From positions 256,001 through 320,000 of the forward strand of contig CAVXZB010000019.1 of assembly GCA_963765895.1 (NCBI GenBank): a stretch of 64,000 nt of DNA. Reading direction: 5' to 3'. The DNA comes from an uncultured Nitrososphaeraceae archaeon. Lineage in GTDB: Archaea; Thermoproteota; Nitrososphaeria; Nitrososphaerales; Nitrososphaeraceae. This document shows, one piece after another, positions 1 through 10,905 of the stretch (the stretch's first letter is position 1; each line of letters starts with the position of its first letter). Under the pieces are notes generated by a model, which was not told the origin of the DNA, made no database searches, and worked only from the letters and a program-made list of their open reading frames with translations. The position numbers were made by a program, and so were the translations under genes.

Positions 1-280
1 TTTTCTTCCTCAAACCGTTGGGTTTCGCCTAGTGAAATAAAAAATGGTTACGTGGTTGCTAGTCGCCATCTAGATCTCTTGGCTGATGCAGTCGCATTAG
101 ATATTTTTGTGTTCTAGTCTGATTGAATTAACCTAACTTAATTCTCCCTCACCGATTTACTAATACGCCACAATTTGTGCATACTATTACCAGAATTGAA
201 TAGATCCTACTAAAATTTCCAATAAAATCTGGTTAGAATTTAAACACTACAAAAATATATTACTGTCCGAAAATCATAAG

Positions 281-385
281 CGCCGCTGATCAGACTCGAA
301 CTGATGACCCACTGGTTAACAGCCAGCTGAGCTAAAGAGGCTCATAATCCTCCAAATTTGCTCTACCATGCTGAGCTACAGCGGC
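281..385 (-). tRNA. tRNA-Asn(GTT) with ~31-nt intron at a non-canonical site (D-stem/anticodon-stem junction, ~25/26)
   Basis: Reverse complement reads GCCGCTG-TAGCTCAGCATGGTAGAGC-[AAATTTGGAGGATTATGAGCCTCTTTAGCTC]-AGCTGG-CT GTT AA-CCAGT-GGGTC-ATCAG TTCGAGT CTGAT-CAGCGGC-G; all four stems pair. Confidence 0.9.
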
Positions 386-564
386 GCAATTATAGTGCAA
401 TTTTAAGCACAAAATAAATGTTATGCTGTCAGCAGAAAGATACTCGGATTTACAAATATTATTTCTAAATTCGAATTAAGAAAGAAAACAACAGTTTCCG
501 AAGATGTACATACATATACTTCCTGCGTCTAACTAACCGATCAATAGGTAAAGGAGTTTTGGTT

Positions 565-1119
565 TCAGCCCTGATAAATGTAAAGTCCGTCTAAAAATAC
601 CCTTTGATCTTTTTGCTTAACCTTAGTAGAAGACTCGATATTTGCGGCAGTCTGAGAAACATTTTCGAGGCTGGGTCCCTGTACGATTACATCCTCGCCA
701 CTAACACTAACCTTGGTTAATTCACCAACAATCTGCGAGACCCTTGATGACCTCTCACCGAAGAAGTTGTCCACGTGAACCTCCCTGTCCTTTACTTTGA
801 CTGAGATAGGAAAGTGTGCATATACTATTTTTAACTTGTATGTATACCCATTTTCAACGCCTTTTATCATGTTTGTGATCAGGCTTTTGCAGGTATTGGA
901 AATAGCGCGATCCTTTTTTCTTGAACCATATGGCCTTATTACAACTCGATTCCCTTTGATCATAATATCCACAGGTAATTTTGTAATATCTTTTTTAATC
1001 GTGCCCAGTTTGCCCTGAATACTGAGCATGTTGTCTTCGAGAGCTGCAGTAACACCTGAAGGGATATCGACTTCAAATGCTAACTCTTCCTTTGAGTTTT
1101 CGCTAGAAGACAAATCCAA
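565..1119 (-). CDS. rpl6: 50S ribosomal protein L6
   Basis: YAHFPISVKV, NFFGER, KDQRVFLDGLYIY motifs; follows S8. Confidence 0.97.
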   Translation of the reverse strand: MDLSSSENSKEELAFEVDIPSGVTAALEDNMLSIQGKLGTIKKDITKLPVDIMIKGNRVVIRPYGSRKKDRAISNTCKSLITNMIKGVENGYTYKLKIVYAHFPISVKVKDREVHVDNFFGERSSRVSQIVGELTKVSVSGEDVIVQGPSLENVSQTAANIESSTKVKQKDQRVFLDGLYIYQG

Positions 1120-1495
1120 TTAGCACTCCTCCTAAACCCTTGCCTTGCGCGTCATGGTGTGACATAATTCCGCTACTAGTGGATACAATTATCATTCCCA
1201 TACTGTATGCTGGCAGGTACTGTCTCTCCCAATCGAGGTAGCCATCCTTTTTTACACTAAATCTTGGGGTAATTACTCCGCATTTATTTATCCTAGCCAA
1301 GAGCTGAATTCTGAATTTTCCACTTTTGCCATCATCAACCTGTTCAAACTCGCCAATGTATCCTTGCTTCTGCAATACTCTCAATATATCACTTGTAAAT
1401 CGAGATGAAGGTATTGCAATACATTCCTTCTTCCTTCTTGCCTCGTTATTGTACAACGTTGTAAAAAGATTAGAGAGTACATTTAATGCTGGCAA
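1103..1495 (-). CDS. rps8: 30S ribosomal protein S8
   Basis: GYIGEFE, INKCGVITPRF, IVSTSSGIMSH, GGVLIGFV. Confidence 0.97.
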   Translation of the reverse strand: MPALNVLSNLFTTLYNNEARRKKECIAIPSSRFTSDILRVLQKQGYIGEFEQVDDGKSGKFRIQLLARINKCGVITPRFSVKKDGYLDWERQYLPAYSMGMIIVSTSSGIMSHHDAQGKGLGGVLIGFVF

Positions 1496-1510
1496 TACTC
1501 TGCAACCTCC

Positions 1511-1690
1511 TTACTCATATTTTCTGAACCCCAGACTGGCAGCTACTTCTCTAAAACATTGCCTGCAAAGCATTAGGTTATACTGGTGTATTAATCCAGT
1601 ATATGAACCACATCTTTTACACCATCTTGTTCCTCTACCGTGGGCAAGCTGCTTTCTTCCAGTTTCAGCATATTCTCGGGGTTTTGGCAT
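1511..1690 (-). CDS. rps14: 30S ribosomal protein S14 (zinc-binding; not in ORF track)
   Basis: Manual translation: [59 protein letters not shown]; two CxxC; lies between L5 and S8. Confidence 0.96.
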   Translation of the reverse strand: MPKPREYAETGRKQLAHGRGTRWCKRCGSYTGLIHQYNLMLCRQCFREVAASLGFRKYE

Positions 1691-2214
1691 TAGGATACTA
1701 CAACCCCGTATTCTTTCTGGAAAAAGGCTATTGAATCATCCTTGGTGATTCGATGTTTTTTGCCAACCTTGCCCTTATTTCTTTTCCTAGCAATTCTGTA
1801 TCCCGGTCTCACTAATGCAACACTGACATTCATTCCAACTATACCTATTTCTGGATTATATTTTGTGCCAGGTATATCAATGTGTTCATGAATACCAACT
1901 GAAATATTGCCCATATTATCGAAAGACGAAGCTGGAAACGTGTTTGCTTTTGCAGCAATAATCCTCTTCAGGAAGTCTTGCGCAATTTCTCTTCTTAAGG
2001 TCACAATCGCAGCTATCGGCTCTCCTTTGTGAATGCCAAAATCACGGTAGTTTTTCTTTGCTCCTCTAACGCTTGGAACCTGACCAGTTAGCTCTTGAAG
2101 CGCTCGTTTAGCTCTCTCAAGAGGTTCTCCAGATTTACCAACAGCAATGTTTATCACAACCTTATCTACTGAAATCTTTTTCATTCGATGCGAAATCTCT
2201 AGTTGTTGACTCAT
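1690..2214 (-). CDS. rpl5: 50S ribosomal protein L5
   Basis: [34 protein letters not shown]. Confidence 0.97.
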   Translation of the reverse strand: MSQQLEISHRMKKISVDKVVINIAVGKSGEPLERAKRALQELTGQVPSVRGAKKNYRDFGIHKGEPIAAIVTLRREIAQDFLKRIIAAKANTFPASSFDNMGNISVGIHEHIDIPGTKYNPEIGIVGMNVSVALVRPGYRIARKRNKGKVGKKHRITKDDSIAFFQKEYGVVVS

Positions 2215-2218
2215 ATGT

Positions 2219-2935
2219 TTAGCTCACCTTGATGATTGGGGTATCGTTTCCTACAACCATCACTTTATCGACTGGGAGTTCGACTAGTCTTTCACCCAGT
2301 CCAACTACCACCCTCTTTGGCAATGAGAATAGTCCGTCCTTTATATCCTCAATTTTTCCCAGACCTCCTGCATTCTCTCCACCTATGATTAATCCCGTGT
2401 ATCCCTTTTCAAATTTGATATGCTCTTTTATCTCTGACTGTGGCAGACCTAAGCGACATGAATCCCCTACTGCCATTTTAATATCACTTATAATTGTTTT
2501 ACCATCGTGAAAGCCATACTGCAACCTGTTCTTTCTTATCGTGCTTTTACTCGTTACCATAACCAGTTTCGATGTTTTTTCCTGACTATCAGTTGGTAGG
2601 GGAACCAACAGTCTAGAATTCTTTGGAACAAGACGAAAACTTTGACCAGTCTTAACAAGTTCAATGACGTCCATCAATCCTACTGCCCTGGAATCATCAT
2701 GTACGATTTTCCCATCCACCTTTATCATTCCCTCATTAAGTAGCTTCTGTGCTTCCAGTAATGTACTTGTTACCTTCAGTACGTCGCGCAAAAGTACCGC
2801 CAAAGCGTAAGATTTTTGTCTTTGATGTGGACCTGGACTGCTTCGTACTACAAATCTACTTTCTTTTCGTTTTATTTGCCAGAACGAAGGAGCCATTTGC
2901 CTCTTAAGTCTGTTGCTACCTCCCTTTCTTCCCAT
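2219..2935 (-). CDS. rps4e: 30S ribosomal protein S4e
   Basis: LKRQMAPSFW...SPGPH, IKVDGK, GLMDVI. Confidence 0.96.
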   Translation of the reverse strand: MGRKGGSNRLKRQMAPSFWQIKRKESRFVVRSSPGPHQRQKSYALAVLLRDVLKVTSTLLEAQKLLNEGMIKVDGKIVHDDSRAVGLMDVIELVKTGQSFRLVPKNSRLLVPLPTDSQEKTSKLVMVTSKSTIRKNRLQYGFHDGKTIISDIKMAVGDSCRLGLPQSEIKEHIKFEKGYTGLIIGGENAGGLGKIEDIKDGLFSLPKRVVVGLGERLVELPVDKVMVVGNDTPIIKVS

Positions 2936-3357
2936 TAAGCAGCACTCTTTCTCCTTGTTTTCTTATTTTGGCTTTGTGATTTTTTATCTCTTTTCGAGTT
3001 TTTCTCTCCGCTAGTAACTTTAGGTTTTGAAATCGATTGTAAATGAGTTTGTCGTCGTTTGTCATCCAGATGTAACGATATTACAATCACATTGGATGCA
3101 TGAATTTGAACCTTGACATTTCCGCCCCTAACCTTTTCTCTCTGTATCCCCTCTATTGATAACGTGCCCCTCTTTGTATCAACCTTCTCGACTTTACCTT
3201 CCACACCAGCATACTCTCCTCTCATTACCTTTACACTATCTCCCTTGACTACCCTTACGCTCCTGATCTTGTACTGTTGACGTAAGTTATCCTTTAGCGA
3301 TGAGCAAACACTTGAATCTCTGACGTGCTTACTTTCGTGAGCAAGATTATAATTCAA
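2935..3357 (-). CDS. rpl24: 50S ribosomal protein L24
   Basis: KOW motif KGDSVKVMRGEYAG, IHASNV. Confidence 0.95.
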   Translation of the reverse strand: MNYNLAHESKHVRDSSVCSSLKDNLRQQYKIRSVRVVKGDSVKVMRGEYAGVEGKVEKVDTKRGTLSIEGIQREKVRGGNVKVQIHASNVIVISLHLDDKRRQTHLQSISKPKVTSGEKNSKRDKKSQSQNKKTRRKSAA

Positions 3358-3385
3358 CTTTTAGACCTCCCAACATCAGCCACAC

Positions 3386-3820
3386 CTAAATTATCATTGA
3401 CGCCAGATTTGCAATTCTGGGCCATCTTTCAGCAACTTCTGCTGCTACCGGACCTTTGATATCAGTTCCTTTTATTTCGCCTTCTTGTGTTACTAGAACT
3501 GCTGCATTATCCTCGAAGATTAGACGTGTTCCATTGAGTCTTCGAACAGGATATTTCTGTCTAATTATGACTGCCCCATAGATCTGTTTTCGCAATTCCG
3601 CAGGTCCTTTCTTGACAGTTACTGTGACAAAATCACCTATGGCTCCCGACGGAAGTCTTGAGTGTCGACCTTTGTATTTGGTGACCTGTACGATTCTTAG
3701 AACTTTGGCTCCTGTGTTGTCGGCACACACCAATTTTGCTGTAACAGGGAGGGCCCTTGTGACGTAGGGCCGGAATTCTTCTACGCCTTTGGCAGAAACA
3801 GCCCTTGTCTTAGACGCCAT
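3386..3820 (-). CDS. rpl14: 50S ribosomal protein L14
   Basis: CADNTGAK, FEDNAAV, KGPVAAE. Confidence 0.97.
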   Translation of the reverse strand: MASKTRAVSAKGVEEFRPYVTRALPVTAKLVCADNTGAKVLRIVQVTKYKGRHSRLPSGAIGDFVTVTVKKGPAELRKQIYGAVIIRQKYPVRRLNGTRLIFEDNAAVLVTQEGEIKGTDIKGPVAAEVAERWPRIANLASMII

Positions 3821-4154
3821 TTCCTGAATTTACCTCGATGACAACAAATGAAACCGTCTTAGACAGTGGTCTGCACTCCGCAATTTTGACCTCGTCTCCC
3901 TCGTTTACATCAATACACTCCGCTGCATATGCATGCACTCGAGATCTACTCCTTTCATATCTCTTATATTTTAGAACAGGACGCGAGTAACTTCTCTCTA
4001 CAACAACCATATTTTTGGCTTTATGGCTTGCAACAAATCCCGTTATCAATTTTCCTCTTATCGAGAGCCTCCCATGGAAGGGACATTGGTCATCTTCGCA
4101 GGACTTTCTGGGAGGCGTAACAGTAATACCTATATTTCTAACCATCAAAATCAA
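3810..4154 (-). CDS. rps17: 30S ribosomal protein S17
   Basis: CPFHG, KYKRYERSRS, AECRPLSKTVSF. Confidence 0.97.
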   Translation of the reverse strand: MILMVRNIGITVTPPRKSCEDDQCPFHGRLSIRGKLITGFVASHKAKNMVVVERSYSRPVLKYKRYERSRSRVHAYAAECIDVNEGDEVKIAECRPLSKTVSFVVIEVNSGNGV

Positions 4155-4420
4155 CTCATTCGTAATATACGATCCTCTGGTCTTGCTATCAAACTAGAAC
4201 CACTTATAAAGCAAACGCCAGACGGAAGCTCTAGCTTCATCACCTGTATTGTCGTTTTAGGTATGGCCTTTACTCCCTTATCATCCTCCATTATGAGCAT
4301 TTTTTTCGTTTCATAAATGATTTTTCCACAAATATTCCTTAAAGAGGCCATAGATGAGGACTTTATCGTCACTCTCAGGCCGATCAATTCGTGGTTATGT
4401 ATATTATTGCTTGTAATCAT
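4151..4420 (-). CDS. rnp1: Ribonuclease P protein component 1 (Rpp29)
   Basis: HELIGL, GKIIYETK, G..LIARPEDR; conserved position between L29 and S17. Confidence 0.9.
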   Translation of the reverse strand: MITSNNIHNHELIGLRVTIKSSSMASLRNICGKIIYETKKMLIMEDDKGVKAIPKTTIQVMKLELPSGVCFISGSSLIARPEDRILRMS

Positions 4421-4422
4421 GT

Positions 4423-4626
4423 CTATCCGACTTTCCTTTCATTTTGCAATGTCATTATCCTTGCAATATCTCGCCTAAGCCACTTGATATTCCCGGTCTG
4501 TTTCTTTAGCGTACCTTTAGCACCTTCAGATCTCATTTTAGCCAATTCTGTGTTCAATTCAAAAAGCTTATCCGATAGGTCATTACCATTCATTTCTCTG
4601 AGCGTCTTTAACTTAACTCTGCCCAT
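4423..4626 (-). CDS. rpl29: 50S ribosomal protein L29
   Basis: LREM...L..L..EL, RRDIARIMT. Confidence 0.95.
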   Translation of the reverse strand: MGRVKLKTLREMNGNDLSDKLFELNTELAKMRSEGAKGTLKKQTGNIKWLRRDIARIMTLQNERKVG

Positions 4627-4655
4627 TAGTCTTTACCTCCGTTGGTACTCTTGTC

Positions 4656-5343
4656 TCAGTCTTCTCTGTCTTCAGCTGTCTCTTCATGAGGAACTATGGA
4701 ACTGGTATCATCCACAGCTGGCAAGATATCTGAATTTTGTTGTTGAACAAGTGACTCTGAAAGTTCAAATTCTTGTGGGACTTCGTTCTTTATTGCTATT
4801 CGTACTTGGATTCCCATTAGTCCCATTTTTGTTGAAACATGCGAGATACTGGATTTTACTATTCTTTCTGCCATATCTCCACTCTTTGGTACTACTCCAG
4901 ACGAATGTTTCTCAAAATGAGCACGCTCGCTTCTTAATTTGCCAGCAATCGAGACTTCAACACCCAAGGCTCCTGCACCATTAATCGTATTAATGGTCCA
5001 AAGAGCTGCCCTTCGAAAGGCAGTTCCACGCTCAATTAACTGGGCAATTCTGTTGCACATAATTTTGGGATTTAGCTCAGGAATAGAAACTTCTTGAACG
5101 GAAATCTGAGGATTACTCAGCCCAAATTTCTCCTCAATTTTGGCTGTTAGGTCCTTTATGCCACTACCCTTCCTACCTATTACAAGACCAGGCCTGGTCA
5201 CATATAGCGTAATTCTAGTTCCTATCGGAGTTCTTTGCATTTCAACATCACCGTATCCAGCATCTTTAAGCGTAGTTGACAAGAACTCGTCAAGCTCTAG
5301 ATTTCTGAAATTATTTTTGACTAGGTTTCTAGCTGCCGCTCAT
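4656..5343 (-). CDS. rps3: 30S ribosomal protein S3 (1-nt indel just after the start codon)
   Basis: KH motif RPGLVIGRKG, GKLRSER; true ATG at 5343 is out of frame by one base. Confidence 0.95.
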
Positions 5344-5817
5344 TATTGTATTCTACCTTCCATAGCGACTAGTTCAAAATGTACTAGTGTATTGAACTTA
5401 GGACTTGCTCTTCCCATTGCTCGAGGAGTGAATCTCTCTATTTTTGTTCCCTTATGCACAACTGCACTAATTATTTTCAAAGAATCTAAATCCATTCCTT
5501 TATATTCAGCATTTGATTCTAGATTGTCGATTAGTTTTAATACTTCTTTTGCAGTTTTCTGTGGAAACCTTCCTGAACAATAGCCGTCTCGAATATTCGA
5601 TCGATGTGCGACTTCATTATTATATCTCCTGTACGGAACTGCTATCTTTCTGGCAATTACGTCCTCCAAAAAAACGCGTGCTCGTTCGATAGACATTCCC
5701 TTTATGGCCACCGCAACCTCACGTGCATGTTTGTGAGATATAGACTTTTCCCGAAGGGCAGCTCTCACGTGTTTTGATCTGTCAAAGTTTTGAAATGAGT
5801 ACCTGAAAATCGCCCAT
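5343..5817 (-). CDS. rpl22: 50S ribosomal protein L22 (1-nt indel near start)
   Basis: ISHKHAREVA, GRFPQKTA, PRAMGRA; ATG at 5817 offset by an extra base in a T run. Confidence 0.95.
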
Positions 5818-5822
5818 TCAAA

Positions 5823-6230
5823 TCACTTGAGAGGAACATACAAGCTAGACCTAGACGAGCCCACACCTGGCGCACCATGCTGAACACGTTTATTTGTTAT
5901 AGAATATTCACCTAAATAATGCCCTATCATTTCTGGCCTTATTGTAATAAGAACAAAATCCTTTCCATTATGTACATTCATACTCAGCCCTACCATATCA
6001 GGCAGAATGATCATATCTCTAACGTGTGTCTTCAACTGACCCTTCAACTTTCCGTCTCGTAGCAACTTAATTTCTTCACGCAGTTTTCGTTTATCGTCAC
6101 TCATGTATTTTCCGACCCTCTTATCAAGAGATCTCCTTTGCCTTGAATTTAACAGCGGCAGGAGTGCTTCAATAGAAAGAGTAGGCAATTGTTGAGAGGC
6201 ATACCCCTTGAATTTGAATTCGCGAACCAA
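5823..6230 (-). CDS. rps19: 30S ribosomal protein S19
   Basis: KTHVRDMIILP, HNGK, MIGHYLGEYSIT. Confidence 0.97.
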   Translation of the reverse strand: MVREFKFKGYASQQLPTLSIEALLPLLNSRQRRSLDKRVGKYMSDDKRKLREEIKLLRDGKLKGQLKTHVRDMIILPDMVGLSMNVHNGKDFVLITIRPEMIGHYLGEYSITNKRVQHGAPGVGSSRSSLYVPLK

Positions 6231-6295
6231 TTATGTCAATTACTCCAACCAAATGCTACTTTTAAACCTAACCAAGGAGAACTTGATCATATAAT

Positions 6296-6589
6296 TTAAA
6301 CCAGACCTAGCGTAGTAGCAAGATTTCTCGCCCCTTCAGTCTCTTTAAATCTCAACAACGCCTTTTTCCCATGAATTGTTCTGTATGTGTTTACTTCCGC
6401 AGCTTCGACTTCATACAATATCATAAGCGCGCTTATAATATCCATTTTAGATGCTCGATCAGAGACAATAAATGTTAGCTTATTCTCTTTTTCAATTAGG
6501 TTGAACGTTTTTTCAGTAATATACGGCTTTAGGAGTATCGACTTTGCCTGATTTATTGTCATTTCGTTCTTTTTATCTGCATTATTCAT
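6296..6589 (-). CDS. rpl23: 50S ribosomal protein L23
   Basis: PYITEKT, NKLTFIV, VNT, KKA. Confidence 0.95.
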   Translation of the reverse strand: MNNADKKNEMTINQAKSILLKPYITEKTFNLIEKENKLTFIVSDRASKMDIISALMILYEVEAAEVNTYRTIHGKKALLRFKETEGARNLATTLGLV

Positions 6590-7402
6590 TTACTACTGCC
6601 AACCTCTCTCTTATAATGAAGCGCCAGTTTCAAGAGCTTTAATTTTTCGATGGCACCGAGCGAAAATATAGTTAATCGCGCAGGCCTAGAGCCTGGAGCA
6701 GTATCTAATACACTGATACCTTTGACGGACTTTACATCGACTCCCCTTAAAGAGCCAGAAAGATCTAACACTTTTTTGTTCTCATCTACAACTATTAGCA
6801 CACTTTTCCCGGACCTACCTTTCCGTCCCCTTCGTCTCCTCGTCCCTGATGAACTCTTAGAGTTTTCGACCCTTTGTAAATCTTCGCCAATACCCAAGTT
6901 AACTAGTGCATTCTTCAAATCCTTGGCCTTGGCAATAGATTCAATATCATTCGATGCTATTATTGGAAGACCACCTATTTTTCCTAGCTTGTGGCCACGT
7001 CTTTCAACTAGTTCTTTATTACTGGTAGCGAGCAATAGAAGAGCACAAGCCGTATTTGTTCTCTTTTTTATTTATTTTCTTGTAAGTGTTTTTCCACGAT
7101 TCTGGAGGGTGCGCTACTCTTCCATGTCTGACGCCTGCGACTCCCGCGGCCTGTCCTGCCCTTGGAAAGCCTTCGCCACGTGCTCTAGCGATTCTGGCGA
7201 TTCCTTGTCCGGTATTTCGAGATTCAGCACTTACGACCTCTCCAGCCATGGGATACCGGCCTTGTTTTTGAAAATTATGTGACAGTAAATTAACGTAAGA
7301 CTTGTGAATAATATCCTCCCTAACTGGTGTATCAAAAACTATAGGAAGCTCCATCTCTCCTGATAAAGTCCCATCGATTTCAGATACTCGAGCTTTCATC
7401 AT
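6586..7402 (-). CDS. rpl4: 50S ribosomal protein L4 (frameshift near 7030)
   Basis: SAESRNTGQGIARIAR, GRVAHPP in one frame; APGSRPARLTIF in the next. Confidence 0.93.
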
Positions 7403-8402
7403 TGCTGTGTCATAACCTCCAAGATTTTTGGTTCTGTTATTTTCCGATGGGAATACCTGAGCGGCTTGCCTCATCTTCACTAACCTCTTTGGTACTCCTG
7501 GTATCGATCCTCTCACGACCACATAATCGCTAGTTATTACTCCATAATGCTTGAAACCACCTTTAGGATTGATTCCCTTCAACTTGTCATGTTCAGGATT
7601 CGAGATTAATAATATACGCTTATTATACTCTGTCCTTTGGTGAAAACCCCTTTGACCTTGTCGTGGTACAGTATACATTACGACAGCCGGGGAGATAGGA
7701 CCCAAAGTTCCAACTGCTCTAACACTTTTCCTGGACTTGTGCTGCTTCCTCTTCACGCCGAATCTGGTGATTGGTCCTTCAACTCCTTTTCCCCGAGTGA
7801 TTGCTGAAACGTCAATGTATTGCCCAGGTTTAAATACATCATTAATCTTGACCTCTTTTCCTAACCTCTCCTTCAAAAATTCGTAAGCCCTCTTTGTTTC
7901 CTGGCTGGAAACTGGAATTTCAAAAATAAATGGTCTTTTCTGGGATATACCAATCTCATGCGGAACCACACATGCCAAAGCTGACGATTTCTTTGGCCGA
8001 ATCAAGAGTCGATTCCGCTTTACTGAATTGCTCCTCGCTATATTTTATTTTTAATTTGCGAGACAGGTATTTCACCGTATCTTTTCCGTACACGTCAAAA
8101 ATCACATGTTTTACATATTCCTGATAAGCATAACCTCGGATGCCAATGATTCTGATCGGAGGAACAGCAATAACAGTCGAAGGGTTCAGGAGTTGCTTTC
8201 CGAAATTGGGAGTTTTCTCGCGATCATCTACCGTCAAAACCTCGATACCTCCGACTTTAAATCCCGCGAACCCAAGAAGATTGGCCCCGTCAGATCGCTC
8301 TGTTGGATAAGTCCTCATTCTAGCCTCTAAACTTTTGGCTCGTGCACGAGGCCTGAAAGCAATGCTCCCTCTTCTAGGAGCGCTATATTTACGATGACCC
8401 AT
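7399..8402 (-). CDS. rpl3: 50S ribosomal protein L3 (frameshifts near 7980 and 7465)
   Basis: PRRGSIAFRPR, GFAGFKVG, TRGKGVEGP, RTEYNKRI, GSIPG; corrected C-terminus ...EPKILEVMTQQ stops at 7399. Confidence 0.93.
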
Positions 8403-8488
8403 ACTATTACAAAAGAACGCTCTTGTTAGCCTTTAATAAATTTATTACTTTAGATTAGGTGCTTAGTGTTAGAGTTAGTAATGCTCAC

Positions 8489-9349
8489 TCATTCAGTTCG
8501 AGGGGATGAGAGAATATAGTTTACTACGGCTAGAGTGCCCAAAATCGCTTCTTCAAGTCTTACGGTTTTTGTACCCTGCATTGGAAATGAATTTACGACA
8601 AATTCAAAGGACTTGATGTCTGTTTTTTCATTTTTGAGAATTTCCGCAAGGCCGCTCTTTGGAGAACCAAATACTATCAGCAAGCTTTGTGCAGATCTAA
8701 GACGCCCAATGAGACGTCCTTCGATCTTCCTGAGCTCCGCTCCGGCCCTTGAGGTTAACAATAATACCGCGTTAAGTTGATTTCTCATCAGGGAGGTCAA
8801 ATCAACCGTCTCTAACACTTTGTATCCCCAGTACTTATCCCCAATATCTTCTGCCGTTGCCTCCACCACATAGTGGTGCGGGTAACCAGCCATAAATTTT
8901 AAATTTAAAATGCTATCTACTCGGGCATTTCCCTTAAACCTTACTAGTTCCTTCAAACCAACGTTAGCATAAAGAACACCGCCTCTTTGAACAATCAATC
9001 CAACTCGCACCTCACCTTCATTAATCTGATGTAGGTTCTGAAACGGCTTGTGATGAGGAGCAATAATCGGATGAAGTAGCCCGGAAAACTGAAGCTGATC
9101 CACGATTGGGTACACCAATTTTCGAAGGTAAGGAGGGGTATTGAGAAATTTCAATATGATTTTGAGCAAGTTTAAGTCGACTTTTGTAAATCGAGCGGTT
9201 TTATCATGGTAGATGTAAATCCTCGTGACTCGAAATATTGAACAAGCTCTAGCAATCTGGGAAACCATCATACTCTTGTCACGCTTAGTTCCCTGATCGG
9301 AAAGTGAAGAATCTGGAACTGCTACCCACAGCTCGGAACTTCGGAACAT
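8489..9349 (-). CDS. SPOUT-family RNA methyltransferase (DUF171-like)
   Basis: IARACSIFRV, TPPYLRK, FGSP, QGTKTVRLEEA; usual neighbour of rpl3 in archaea. Confidence 0.85.
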   Translation of the reverse strand: MFRSSELWVAVPDSSLSDQGTKRDKSMMVSQIARACSIFRVTRIYIYHDKTARFTKVDLNLLKIILKFLNTPPYLRKLVYPIVDQLQFSGLLHPIIAPHHKPFQNLHQINEGEVRVGLIVQRGGVLYANVGLKELVRFKGNARVDSILNLKFMAGYPHHYVVEATAEDIGDKYWGYKVLETVDLTSLMRNQLNAVLLLTSRAGAELRKIEGRLIGRLRSAQSLLIVFGSPKSGLAEILKNEKTDIKSFEFVVNSFPMQGTKTVRLEEAILGTLAVVNYILSSPRTE

Positions 9350-10012
9350 TTAACCCATCAATAGTTGCTCAATAAGATACTCTAAGGAATTGCTAGATCC
9401 AAAACTTATGTCGTGCACATGGCCCCTCTTATCTATTAGAATACTTGAGGGTGTTCCCTTCAATCCATACTCTTCAAAAGTTTTCGCAGCATAAATTTTT
9501 GTTTTAAGATATCGCTTTACGTTTGCAATAATTCTCTGTCTTTCTTCCTCTGGATATGATCTAAAGTTTTCAATATTAATTTCAATGAAATCCATGACTC
9601 TATTCTCGGTGGGGTTTGTATCAAGTCGTTGTAAATCATCCATTGCAACGGGATAAGGAATCCGATAGGTTAGCTTATTTGCATCCCTTAGCTTACCATA
9701 TTGTGATAGTACTCTCTGTGTCTCACCTATTACTTCTCCGTTTTCTACCAGTTTTCTCAAATTCTCTAAATTGTTCTTATCATAATCCTCAAATGCTGTT
9801 GCCAACCCCAATACCTTAAAATTACTATTTCCGAATCGGTTATACAGCCTAATACTTTCAGGGATTCCATAAATAAAGCAACCAGGACAATTAACTTGGA
9901 ATACCTCGACTAGAATTACATTATCTCTTTCCTTATCAATATTAGTTGGCTTTCCTTGAATCCACTCTGAAATCTTTAGATTAGGCGCTCTCTTACCAAT
10001 TATATTGTTCAT
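9350..10012 (-). CDS. Redoxin/TlpA-like thioredoxin-fold protein
   Basis: FQVNCPGC, GTPSSILID. Confidence 0.8.
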   Translation of the reverse strand: MNNIIGKRAPNLKISEWIQGKPTNIDKERDNVILVEVFQVNCPGCFIYGIPESIRLYNRFGNSNFKVLGLATAFEDYDKNNLENLRKLVENGEVIGETQRVLSQYGKLRDANKLTYRIPYPVAMDDLQRLDTNPTENRVMDFIEINIENFRSYPEEERQRIIANVKRYLKTKIYAAKTFEEYGLKGTPSSILIDKRGHVHDISFGSSNSLEYLIEQLLMG

Positions 10013-10078
10013 GTGATGAATACTGAATATAAAACTGCGCTAATATATCTCGCTTGTTTCATAAAGGATAGAACAAGC

Positions 10079-10817
10079 TCACGGTTCACCCTTGGTCTGC
10101 CGATCCTTTGAGATTGCAGCATACTTTTCGATTTCTTGCTCTTCTATCTTCCTCATGATTTTGTCTTCGTTACTTATCATTGCCATTTTGATGTGTCGGG
10201 TACCCGTTTTCTCCTCACTGACAAGATAAATGGATTCCATAGCTAATGCTGCCTCCTTCATCCATGGATGAGTCATTTTTATAATTCTTCTCTAGGAACT
10301 CGGTTACTTGGTCGCTACCGGCACCTATGGCAACAGCATCATAGCCAATATAAGTACCACTTGGATCTGTAAGATACAGCGAAGCCCCGTTCGCATCCAC
10401 ACCAGCAAGTATAAGCGCTACGCCAAACGGTCGCACACCTGCATATTGCGTGAACTGTTGGGCCATATCTGCAATATTTTTAGCAACCCCTTCCACATCA
10501 ACTGGTTCGTCGTAGATTAAGCGATTGCTTTGAGCAAAAAATCTGGCATGATCAATCTGGGTTCGAGCATCTGGAATATATCCAGCCGCTGCTACACCTA
10601 TGTGATCGTCAACTTGAAAAATCTTTTGAGTCACGTTCGAGATTTGCAATTTCCTTGCCTTTTCCTCTACTGCTAGAATCACCCCACCTTTAGTTTTTAT
10701 GCCAATGGCTAAAGTGCCTCTCCTAACAGTCTCAATTGCATATTCAACTTGATAAAGTCTGCCATCGGGAGAAAATACAGTAATCGCTCTATCATATCCT
10801 GCTGCTGCTGGTAACAA
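10079..10817 (-). CDS. psmA: Proteasome alpha subunit (frameshift near 10270)
   Basis: YDRAITVFSPDGRLYQVEYA, RPFGVAL, DPSG; C-terminus continues in ORF 10079..10276. Confidence 0.95.
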
Positions 10818-10905
10818 TACATTTTCTACTACTTTGTGGAGTTTAATTTAAATTTACCTTAGTTATATTTATATCCCATAATAACATCCGCGTCTTACTT
10901 TCGAT

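Noticed and set aside
565-6589. rpl2 missing between L23 and S19, and operon ending after L6
   Set aside because: To my knowledge this matches the usual thaumarchaeal arrangement, with those genes elsewhere; not novel.
7019-8005. Apparent L3-L4 fusion ORF
   Set aside because: Created by indels; restoring the frame near 7465 gives a normal L3 stop at 7399 and an L4 start at 7402.
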